A DNA stretch of 39,181 nt from a virus (Duplodnaviria > Caudoviricetes). The stretch spans positions 1 through 39,181 of IMG/VR virus record IMGVR_UViG_3300012352_000293; one strand, 5' to 3'. Shown piece after piece: positions 8,199 to 14,596 of this stretch. The notes under the pieces are model-generated. The model was not told the DNA's origin and did not search any database. It worked only from the letters and a program-made list of their open reading frames with translations. A program made the translations under genes and the position numbers. Position 1 is the stretch's first letter, and every line of letters begins with the position of its first letter.

Positions 8199-8851
8199 AC
8201 AAACAAAAGTTGTTGGGTTTTAACTGTGCCGCCTGCATCGTATCGTTTGTTGTCACCTTTAGGGTAAGGCAACACAGGGTAGGTTAGTTCACGCAACAGA
8301 TTGGTTTTTTGCGTTTTACTGCCCACAATAAAAACATATCGATGTTTACGCGCCCGTTCAACAAAGTAAACATTATCTTCACCAAACTTTTCGATAACTT
8401 CTGCGTTGGTCAAACCATGTGCATAAGTTGTGTGGTGCAGATGTTCCATACCCTTCACCTTTGGGTCTTTAAACTTTGAACTAAGCCCTGTATAAATGAA
8501 ATTGCTTGCTTGGTAAACATACCCAACATGGCCTTGTTCTGAATCAGCATAAGAAACCACAATGGTTGGCTTTGGCAACATACGCATGGCCTTGGCGACA
8601 AACTCAGATGCAATGTTTTTTTCGTTCAAACAAACCAATCGGTTAAGTTCAATCACATTGTCTTGCCATTTCTTGCCGCATACGCCTTGCCGCAGGGTAG
8701 AACTAGCCGATGTTCCAAATGTCACTACGCCAACCAATTGGTTATCGATATAAGCCCCGAACGCATATGAAATTGATGGCATACGCTTGGCATAGTGTTT
8801 TTCAAGCAACCAAGGTTCTGTTTCAAAAGTGTTGATGGGCAGAACTTTCAT
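8195..8851 (-). CDS. mom: Mom-like GNAT-fold DNA adenine modification enzyme
   Basis: KHYAKRMP...VGVVTFG...IELNRL...VVSYADSEQGHVGYVYQASNFIYTG is the Mu Mom-family signature. Confidence 0.8.
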   Translation of the reverse strand: MKVLPINTFETEPWLLEKHYAKRMPSISYAFGAYIDNQLVGVVTFGTSASSTLRQGVCGKKWQDNVIELNRLVCLNEKNIASEFVAKAMRMLPKPTIVVSYADSEQGHVGYVYQASNFIYTGLSSKFKDPKVKGMEHLHHTTYAHGLTNAEVIEKFGEDNVYFVERARKHRYVFIVGSKTQKTNLLRELTYPVLPYPKGDNKRYDAGGTVKTQQLLFV

Positions 8852-9636
8852 GCTTTGGCCCTCAATGCGGCCATCTTTGCCAATTCTTCAAGCGTTGGTG
8901 GTCGGGTTATTTTTTCATCTGCCTTAATCTTTTCTAACGCAGGGTCAGGCAACTTTGAAGCAGGCACAGTTGTAAAAATAATATCTGCGGGATTTTTCTT
9001 TATGCCATCAGGCGGCAGTGCTTTTGCCAACCATTCCAAAGGTTGAATCGGTTTGGCTTTAATGCAATCGCGTAGTGTGTTTACCAAGGTTTCATCACCA
9101 TGCACCTTTCGCAAACTTCCAAGAAATGACCTTGCGTTTTTTTCAGCAGTTCCTGCATTGGTCAACAATGGAACGCCATAACCAAAAATAATTTCATCTG
9201 TGGAAAGTGGCGTTTTAACGCCTGTATCTTTAGATACAGAATTGGGTAATGTGTCTTGTGTAGTGTGTCTTGTGTTATGTGTAGCATTGCTATCGGATTG
9301 CGTTGGCAATGCGTTCGCATCCTTTTTGTTCCATCTTGCTTTTGCAGACGCACTAGCCTTTTCACTTTTTTCGCCAGTTTTGGCTATTTCTTTGTTTGCA
9401 CGATGATGAACCCAACCATCCGCAGTTCGTTCGAAATACTCTTGCAGTACGATTGAAATGCTATCGCTATGCGAACGCATACGAATCTGTCTTGCTATTT
9501 CTGTGACTTCAATTGGAATTGGTTGTTCGTGAAGATAGTACCAATCAAGCAAACGCCTGTATGCCAAATCTTCCATTTCGGAAAGGTGTGATGTGTGACT
9601 TTGATAGTCACCAATATTGAACTGGTAATAGTGCAT
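8848..9636 (-). CDS. Replication initiator, YdaU/DUF1376 family
   Basis: MHYYQFNIGDY...HLS..EDLAYRRLLDWYY N-terminus; internal iteron-like repeats; lies downstream of the cro-like gene. Confidence 0.85.
   Translation of the reverse strand: MHYYQFNIGDYQSHTSHLSEMEDLAYRRLLDWYYLHEQPIPIEVTEIARQIRMRSHSDSISIVLQEYFERTADGWVHHRANKEIAKTGEKSEKASASAKARWNKKDANALPTQSDSNATHNTRHTTQDTLPNSVSKDTGVKTPLSTDEIIFGYGVPLLTNAGTAEKNARSFLGSLRKVHGDETLVNTLRDCIKAKPIQPLEWLAKALPPDGIKKNPADIIFTTVPASKLPDPALEKIKADEKITRPPTLEELAKMAALRAKA
9250..9320. repeat. Putative replication origin: five tandem 7-mers TGTGTNN plus 11-bp iteron-like repeats
   Basis: 9250-9284 reads TGTGTCT TGTGTAG TGTGTCT TGTGTTA TGTGTAG. From 9320 the minus strand reads ATGCGAACGCA TTGCCAACGCA ATCCGATAGCA ATGCTAC. 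Confidence 0.7.
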
Positions 9637-9768
9637 TTTTCCCACTTTAAAAAAACCACTTAAAAGAAACTGCGGCAGGGAAAAAGTGGGAATCCTTTTC
9701 AGTTGGGTAATTAGTCCAACCTAGCCGTGTTTCAAAAAATTGTATCAAAGAATCATAAATGTGTGCAA
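9637..9768 (-). promoter_or_regulatory. Promoter (TTGCAC-N18-TACAAT, TG extension) and structured leader of the replication gene
   Basis: Nested stems GAAAC.CGGC.AGG / CCTGCCG..GTTTC and GTTGG/CCAAC; TTCCCACTTT is complementary to AAAGTGGGAA just before the ATG. Confidence 0.55.
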
Positions 9769-9942
9769 ATCTTTGCGTTCTTCATGTGTCATTGAAAAAT
9801 AGTAACTCTGTGCAAAATCTTTGACCTTGTGATAACAAAGCAAGTGATACAGGGAATCTTGCATTGATTGGTTCTCTACCGCAAACGCAAGGTGTTCCAT
9901 CATCATTGCTTTGTAGTGCAAATAGTTTTTTATATTTTTCAT
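9745..9942 (-). CDS. Hypothetical protein
   Basis: ATG at 9942 overlaps the cro-like TGA (ATGA); MKNIKNYLHYKAMMMEHLAF... Confidence 0.65.
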   Translation of the reverse strand: MKNIKNYLHYKAMMMEHLAFAVENQSMQDSLYHLLCYHKVKDFAQSYYFSMTHEERKDLHTFMIL

Positions 9943-10091
9943 TTGAACCATTCGGGTTTCAACAACTTTAACTGCCACAACCTAGCCGCGGGAATTTCTT
10001 TCCATTGGCTGATGGCCGATTGGGAAATGCCAAGCAATTCCGCCAATTCGGTCTGATTGTTTACCTTTGTTAACAATTCTGATTTAGTCAT
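9939..10091 (-). CDS. cro: Cro-like HTH repressor (50 aa, not in ORF track)
   Basis: MTKSELLTKVNNQTELAELLGISQSAISQWKEIPAARLWQLKLLKPEWFK, a classic Cro/YdaS-type HTH; divergent from the early arm. Confidence 0.9.
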   Translation of the reverse strand: MTKSELLTKVNNQTELAELLGISQSAISQWKEIPAARLWQLKLLKPEWFK

Positions 10092-10126
10092 ACCTTATTA
10101 TAAGCCAACTAATAGATGTGTTGCAT
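10092..10126 (-). promoter_or_regulatory. Leaderless promoter of the cro-like gene with overlapping operator
   Basis: Minus strand TATAAT-aaggt-ATG; operator variant TATAAG-CCAA-CTAATA at 10099-10114. Confidence 0.7.
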
Positions 10127-10236
10127 TAGGGAAACTACTTATAAAAATATTTTAAAAAGTGCTTGTATTGGTTATAAGTTGGCTTATAATTCATCCATGC
10201 CCTAAACAAACGGGGTCTTTTAAAAGGAACTAAAAA
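10127..10236 (+). promoter_or_regulatory. Cassette promoter copy A
   Basis: TAGGGAAACTACTTA box; TTGTAT(10163)-N16-TATAAT(10185); operator TATAAG-TTGG-CTTATA at 10173-10188; leader ccatgccct...ggggtctttt; RBS AAGGA. Confidence 0.85.
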
Positions 10237-10434
10237 ATGATTACTCTCACATTCACCGCAAAATTTGATGACACCACAGGCAACATTCGCCCTTGGGAAA
10301 TTTATGTTAAGCAAGACAATGGCCCTTACAAAATGTGCGCTAGTGCCAAAACATTAGAAGGCGCAGAAAAGTCAATCAAACAGCGCATGAAAGACAGAGA
10401 AAAATATTTCATCTGCATTTACGAAAAAAACTAA
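10237..10434 (+). CDS. Small early hypothetical protein
   Basis: 65 aa, with dedicated promoter and RBS. Confidence 0.8.
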   Translation: MITLTFTAKFDDTTGNIRPWEIYVKQDNGPYKMCASAKTLEGAEKSIKQRMKDREKYFICIYEKN

Positions 10435-10438
10435 AAAC

Positions 10439-10452
10439 GGGGCGCAAGCCCC
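10439..10452. terminator. GC hairpin GGGGC-GCAA-GCCCC at cassette end (T-tract on minus strand only)
   Basis: Perfect 5-bp stem with GNRA loop, preceded by an A run. Confidence 0.5.
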
Positions 10453-10454
10453 AT

Positions 10455-10563
10455 TAGGGAAAATACTTAGAAAATAATTTAAAAAAAGTGTTGACCTAGT
10501 TATAAGTTGCCTTATAATTCACCCATGCCCTGAACTTCTCGGGGTCTTAAAGAAAGTAACCAA
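10455..10563 (+). promoter_or_regulatory. Cassette promoter copy B
   Basis: TAGGGAAAATACTTA; TTGACC(10491)-N16-TATAAT(10513); operator TATAAG-TTGC-CTTATA at 10501-10516; hairpin ccctga-acttc-tcgggg; RBS GAAAG. Confidence 0.9.
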
Positions 10564-10806
10564 ATGACAAACTTAACTCTCAAACAAGCAGTAGAAACAA
10601 AGCGTAACGAACGCGCCAACAGTGAAGCCCGCTTTGCCAAGGCAACTGCCGCCCAAGCCGCCAAGATTGCCAAGTTCACCCCACGCACAGATTTGCACCC
10701 CGCAGTTGGCGTGTTAATGAGTGCCAAGGGTGTTCGTTACTACGCGTTTGTTGGTGGTGTGTATCGTGAAGGTACACCAGAACACTTGGCCGCTTTGTTG
10801 GCTTAA
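10564..10806 (+). CDS. Small early hypothetical protein
   Basis: 80 aa, with dedicated promoter and RBS. Confidence 0.8.
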   Translation: MTNLTLKQAVETKRNERANSEARFAKATAAQAAKIAKFTPRTDLHPAVGVLMSAKGVRYYAFVGGVYREGTPEHLAALLA

Positions 10807-10819
10807 TTAGGGGGCTAGG

Positions 10820-11065
10820 ATGTACGACAAAACAACCCATGCCCGCGTAGTTTCCAACAACTACTTTTGGATTGGCATAACAGAAGAACAGTTGTTGGCA
10901 AATATGAATCGCATTTGGGACAAGCCTAATAACTATGCGTTGTCACACATCAAAGCAGGCATTGCACAACTTGAAAGCCGCGGCATTCTGACAAAAGAAG
11001 AAGCGCAGAATTGCCTTAAAGAAACTTTAAAAATGCGTAAAAGCAACACTAGGGAAAATACCTAG
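10820..11065 (+). CDS. Small early hypothetical protein
   Basis: 81 aa; AGGGGG RBS. Confidence 0.75.
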   Translation: MYDKTTHARVVSNNYFWIGITEEQLLANMNRIWDKPNNYALSHIKAGIAQLESRGILTKEEAQNCLKETLKMRKSNTRENT

Positions 11066-11147
11066 AAAATAATTGTTGACCTTGATATAAGTTGGCTTAT
11101 AATTACACCATGCCCTAACTTCTAGGGTCTTTTAGAAAGTAAACAAA
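11050..11147 (+). promoter_or_regulatory. Cassette promoter copy C
   Basis: TAGGGAAAATACCTA; TTGACC(11076)-N16-TATAAT(11098); operator TATAAG-TTGG-CTTATA at 11086-11101; hairpin cccta-acttc-taggg; RBS GAAAG. Confidence 0.9.
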
Positions 11148-11369
11148 ATGTCCCAAATTTTCAAAGCCGATTGTTATTTTCAGCAAGAACAATACAACCC
11201 ACGCATTCGCGCAACTGTTCCACCCGCTTGGGTTATTGAGTTTGATTGCGCTTTGCCCAATACCAATGTGCCGCCTGTGTTCTTTGGCATTACGCGCAAA
11301 GAAGCAATCCAAAACGCAATTGATTGCTTGAAGTCCCGCGGTTTTACAGGTCGTTTAATTCTTAACTAA
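11148..11369 (+). CDS. Small early hypothetical protein
   Basis: 73 aa, with dedicated promoter and RBS. Confidence 0.8.
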   Translation: MSQIFKADCYFQQEQYNPRIRATVPPAWVIEFDCALPNTNVPPVFFGITRKEAIQNAIDCLKSRGFTGRLILN

Positions 11370-11376
11370 ATCAAAC

Positions 11377-11392
11377 GGGGGCTTAGTCCCCC
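11377..11392. terminator. GC hairpin GGGGG-cttagt-CCCCC at cassette end
   Basis: Preceded by aaac, as at 10439; no plus-strand T-tract. Confidence 0.4.
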
Positions 11393-11406
11393 ACATAGGA
11401 CAAAAC

Positions 11407-11547
11407 ATGAAACTTTACAGCATCAATTTTTTCTGCGATTACAAACAACACTCTGAACAAGTTTGGGCTGTTGGTCGCTATGAATTGGAAAAAGAAATTT
11501 TGGCTAAGTATCCAAAGGCTACTGGCATTGACATTTGGGTTATCTAA
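11407..11547 (+). CDS. Small hypothetical protein (46 aa, not in ORF track)
   Basis: AGGA RBS; MKLYSINFFCDYKQHSEQVWAVGRYELEKEILAKYPKATGIDIWVI. Confidence 0.7.
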   Translation: MKLYSINFFCDYKQHSEQVWAVGRYELEKEILAKYPKATGIDIWVI

Positions 11548-11556
11548 GGACAAAAC

Positions 11557-11649
11557 ATGAAACAAAAAATCATCACCACAATAATCGAATGCACTTTGGC
11601 AATCATCATCTTTGGTGGTTGGGGTGTTCTCTTGGCATGGCGGGGGTAA
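11557..11649 (+). CDS. Single-TM micro-protein (30 aa, not in ORF track)
   Basis: AAGGA RBS; MKQKIITTIIECTLAIIIFGGWGVLLAWRG. Confidence 0.7.
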   Translation: MKQKIITTIIECTLAIIIFGGWGVLLAWRG

Positions 11650-11651
11650 AC

Positions 11652-11873
11652 ATGAAAAACGAACCAGCATTTCCGTTTCAAATTAATTTTCCAAATGAGG
11701 CGGGGAAAGGAATTATGTACCATGAGGGGATGACCTTGCGTGACTACTTTGCGGCTAAAGCAATGCAGGGTTTGATTACTGACCAAAGTATTTTTTTAGA
11801 TAACAATGAATTTGAAATTGCACATGATGCTTATGTTTTAGCAGATGCAATGCTAAAAGAAAGGACAAAATAA
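11652..11873 (+). CDS. Conserved phage hypothetical protein (PAFP...GMTLRDYFAAKAMQ family)
   Basis: The signature motif starts just after ATG 11652; the upstream extension in the ORF track is spurious. Confidence 0.8.
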   Translation: MKNEPAFPFQINFPNEAGKGIMYHEGMTLRDYFAAKAMQGLITDQSIFLDNNEFEIAHDAYVLADAMLKERTK

Positions 11874-11874
11874 A

Positions 11875-12066
11875 ATGAACTTTATTGAACGCTTCCAATC
11901 CCTGTGGCAAATGCCATCACCAAAAGAACTTGCGGCCAAAGAACTTGAAGAAGCCAAGCGCAGATTCTTAGATGCCCAAAGCGGCATGGAATACGCAAAA
12001 CGAATGTCTGATTACCATTCAGACCGAATTAAACGATTGACCAACTATTTAGAAAGTTCAGAATGA
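11875..12066 (+). CDS. Coiled-coil hypothetical protein
   Basis: 63 aa; AAGGA RBS; coupled to erf. Confidence 0.75.
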   Translation: MNFIERFQSLWQMPSPKELAAKELEEAKRRFLDAQSGMEYAKRMSDYHSDRIKRLTNYLESSE

Positions 12067-12611
12067 AGCAAATATCAACTGCGTTAGTCAAAGCACAAAA
12101 GGCGTTTGCGCCTGCTTTAAAGAACGCCTATAACCCGCATTTTAAAAACAAGTACGCAGACCTTGCCGCGTGTGTTGAAGCCGTTGTAGATGCCCTGAAT
12201 GCAAACGGCATTGCCTTGGTACAAAAGACCCGCGAATGCGTTGGTGGCGTGATGGTGGAAACAATCTTTATTCACGAATCAGGCGAAACATTAGATTGCG
12301 GTGTTTTGCATTTCCCTGTAACCAAGAATGACCCGCCTGCGTATATGTCTGCCTTGACCTATGCCCGTAGGGGTTCGCTGATGGCCGCCTGTGGCATTGC
12401 ACCAGAAGATGATGATGGACACATGGCAACCATTCCAAGCAAAGGTGTGGATGAAAGCGCCCTTGCAGACCATTTAGCCGCAATTGAAGCATCAACAGAC
12501 CAAGATGGTTTGAAAGCCGCCTATAAAGCCGCCTATGCCGCTTGTAATGGCAACGCTGATTGGCAGAAGAAAGTTATTGCAGTAAAAGATAAAGTGAAGG
12601 CAAAACTATGA
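12063..12611 (+). CDS. erf: ERF-family single-strand annealing recombinase
   Basis: NPHFKNKYADL...HESGE...SALTYARR...GIAPEDDDG. Confidence 0.92.
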   Translation: MKQISTALVKAQKAFAPALKNAYNPHFKNKYADLAACVEAVVDALNANGIALVQKTRECVGGVMVETIFIHESGETLDCGVLHFPVTKNDPPAYMSALTYARRGSLMAACGIAPEDDDGHMATIPSKGVDESALADHLAAIEASTDQDGLKAAYKAAYAACNGNADWQKKVIAVKDKVKAKL

Positions 12612-12856
12612 AATACGCGACAGAAGCATACGATTTGTTGGTTGACCAGTTAAAGAAAGAAAAGCAAGAACTGTACGACAGGCTAAATGAAGAATGTGGC
12701 ACAAACTCAACAATCATTTTGGGTTTGCTTGAATACATTGCAAGCAATCTTAATTTGAAATCTGCATTTGAAGTTGCCAAAAAATATGATGCTCAATTTC
12801 CAGATGAACAATTGGTTCGTTATGTCAAAGAAGATTTAGGGTTTAGATATGATTGA
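12608..12856 (+). CDS. Hypothetical protein inserted between recombinase and exonuclease
   Basis: 82 aa; overlaps both neighbours. Confidence 0.7.
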   Translation: MKYATEAYDLLVDQLKKEKQELYDRLNEECGTNSTIILGLLEYIASNLNLKSAFEVAKKYDAQFPDEQLVRYVKEDLGFRYD

Positions 12857-13472
12857 ACAGGGAACACCAGAATGGTTTGCCGCCCGCTTGGGAAATGTTA
12901 CGGCATCCCGCGTTGCTGATGTGATTGCCAAGACCAAAAGCGGTTATTCAGCATCACGCGACAATTACATGGCGCAACTTATTTGCGAACGAATGACAGG
13001 CACAGTTGCAGAATCGTTTACCAGTTCAGCAATGCAATGGGGAACTGAAACCGAACCTTTTGCCCGTGCCGCTTATGAATCTGCAACAGATGTATTGGTT
13101 GACCAAGTAGGGTATGTGCCACATCCAATCATTGAACGCGCAGGGGCATCGCCTGATGGCTTGGTTGGGGCGTATGGGTTACTGGAAATTAAATGCCCAA
13201 ACACGGCTACGCATATTGACACATTGTTAAACAACCAAGTGCCAACAAAATACTTTACGCAAATGCAATGGCAGATGGCTTGCACAAAGCGTGAATGGTG
13301 TGATTTCGTATCGTTTGACCCACGATTACCAGAAGGGTTGCAACTGTTTGTTAAGCGTGTTGAATACGATGCGGAATATGCGGGGATGCTTGCATCTGAA
13401 GTTTTTGATTTTTTACAAGAACTTGATACAAAGATTTTTAAACTGAACGAAAGATTGAACCATGTCAACTAA
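12849..13472 (+). CDS. YqaJ / lambda-exonuclease family protein
   Basis: QGTPEWFAARLG.VTAS, GASPDGL, LEIKCP, QMQWQM, FVSFDPR. Confidence 0.95.
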   Translation: MIEQGTPEWFAARLGNVTASRVADVIAKTKSGYSASRDNYMAQLICERMTGTVAESFTSSAMQWGTETEPFARAAYESATDVLVDQVGYVPHPIIERAGASPDGLVGAYGLLEIKCPNTATHIDTLLNNQVPTKYFTQMQWQMACTKREWCDFVSFDPRLPEGLQLFVKRVEYDAEYAGMLASEVFDFLQELDTKIFKLNERLNHVN

Positions 13473-13704
13473 ATTAGACCTTATCGCTGTCGTAGGCGAA
13501 TACACAGATGCCCAAGGCAACAACAAAAAGCGCTTTTCTAAAATTGGTACGCTTTGGGATAAAGGCCAACAAGGTATTAGTTTGAAGATTGACCACATAC
13601 CCGTTAATTGGGATGGTTGGTTAAGTGCAAAGCCGCCACTAGAACCACGCGCAACACCACAACAAAAAGCGCCTGTGTTCATTGATGAAGATGCCCCATT
13701 CTGA
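13462..13704 (+). CDS. Putative small single-stranded DNA-binding protein
   Basis: Beta-rich OB-like pattern, acidic DEDAPF C-terminal tail, located in the recombination module. Confidence 0.6.
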   Translation: MSTKLDLIAVVGEYTDAQGNNKKRFSKIGTLWDKGQQGISLKIDHIPVNWDGWLSAKPPLEPRATPQQKAPVFIDEDAPF

Positions 13705-13787
13705 ATAAAGGGGGGAAAGTTACATTTGCGGCAACCTTAAAAAGTTATGCGACGAAGCGTAGATGTAATTAGTACCCCCGCCTTATA
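13705..13787 (+). ncRNA. Candidate structured RNA (long hairpin with GAA/AGUA loop-E-like internal loop)
   Basis: GGGGG/CCCCC outer stem, GAAAG vs TTAGTA internal loop, 11-bp TTACATTTGCG/CGTAGATGTAA stem. Confidence 0.5.
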
Positions 13788-13799
13788 GGAAATTACAAA

Positions 13800-14294
13800 A
13801 TGTTTGATTTGTTTGAAACAGATATTCTGCACAAGTTGCGTTCTGATTACCGAAAAAAATTAGAAGGCGAAGGTGGTGATTGCCCATGTTGCGGGCGTTT
13901 TGGAAAGTACAACGGCTATTCCATCACCAAGACAGATGCAAGATTTTTGGTTTGGCTTTTTATCAATGGCGACAAAGAAGGTTGGGTTCATACACCAACG
14001 CAAGCACCACGCGAATTCATGCGTGCAAAAAGTTTTACAAACTTGCGCTATTGGGCGTTGATTGAAAATTACCCAAACGATAATAAAGATGTAAAAGGTT
14101 CGGGCCTTTGGCGTATCACCAACAAAGGCATTAAATATATGCGGGGTGAAATGCAGTTGCCTAAAAAGGCATTTGTGTTTGACAGAACGCTAGTTGGCTT
14201 TAGTGAAAAACAAGTTTACTTTAGCGAATGTTTTAAAGACCACTTCAACTTAGAAGAAGTGATGCAATCACGATTTAACAGGGAAACAATATGA
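13800..14294 (+). CDS. Hypothetical protein with CPCC motif and possible winged helix
   Basis: 164 aa; AGGA RBS; LRYWALIE...GLWRITNKG wHTH-like pattern. Confidence 0.7.
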   Translation: MFDLFETDILHKLRSDYRKKLEGEGGDCPCCGRFGKYNGYSITKTDARFLVWLFINGDKEGWVHTPTQAPREFMRAKSFTNLRYWALIENYPNDNKDVKGSGLWRITNKGIKYMRGEMQLPKKAFVFDRTLVGFSEKQVYFSECFKDHFNLEEVMQSRFNRETI

Positions 14295-14596
14295 GTTATG
14301 CAGATGTACAAATGAAAGTTATTCAATGGGGTGAAGCCCGCGGCATTGTGCAGAACAGCACCGCATACGCGCAGGCAATGAAAACCCAAGAAGAACTAAA
14401 CGAATTGTTTGATGCAATTCAAAACGGCAACCGCGCTGAAATGGCCGATGCCTATGGCGACATTCTTGTTACCCTTGTGATGGGTTGCGCTTGTGCCGAT
14501 TTAGATTTGGTTGAATGCTTTAAAGGCGCGTATTCAGAAATCAAGGACAGAAAAGGCCACCTAACTAGAGATGGCATTTTTGTCAAAGAAGTTTAA
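14291..14596 (+). CDS. MazG-like nucleotide pyrophosphohydrolase
   Basis: QWGEARGI...KTQEELNEL...DAYGDILVTL...AYSEIKDRKG...FVKE. Confidence 0.85.
   Translation: MSYADVQMKVIQWGEARGIVQNSTAYAQAMKTQEELNELFDAIQNGNRAEMADAYGDILVTLVMGCACADLDLVECFKGAYSEIKDRKGHLTRDGIFVKEV

Noticed and set aside
10127-11147. Regularly recurring repeats as a CRISPR array
   Set aside because: Repeats are ~100 bp, degenerate, contain promoters, and are separated by 200-500 bp of coding sequence; no cas genes.
11535-11651. His-rich N-terminal extension of the 112-aa ORF
   Set aside because: Out-of-frame reading of the 30-aa TM micro-gene; the real family motif starts at ATG 11652.
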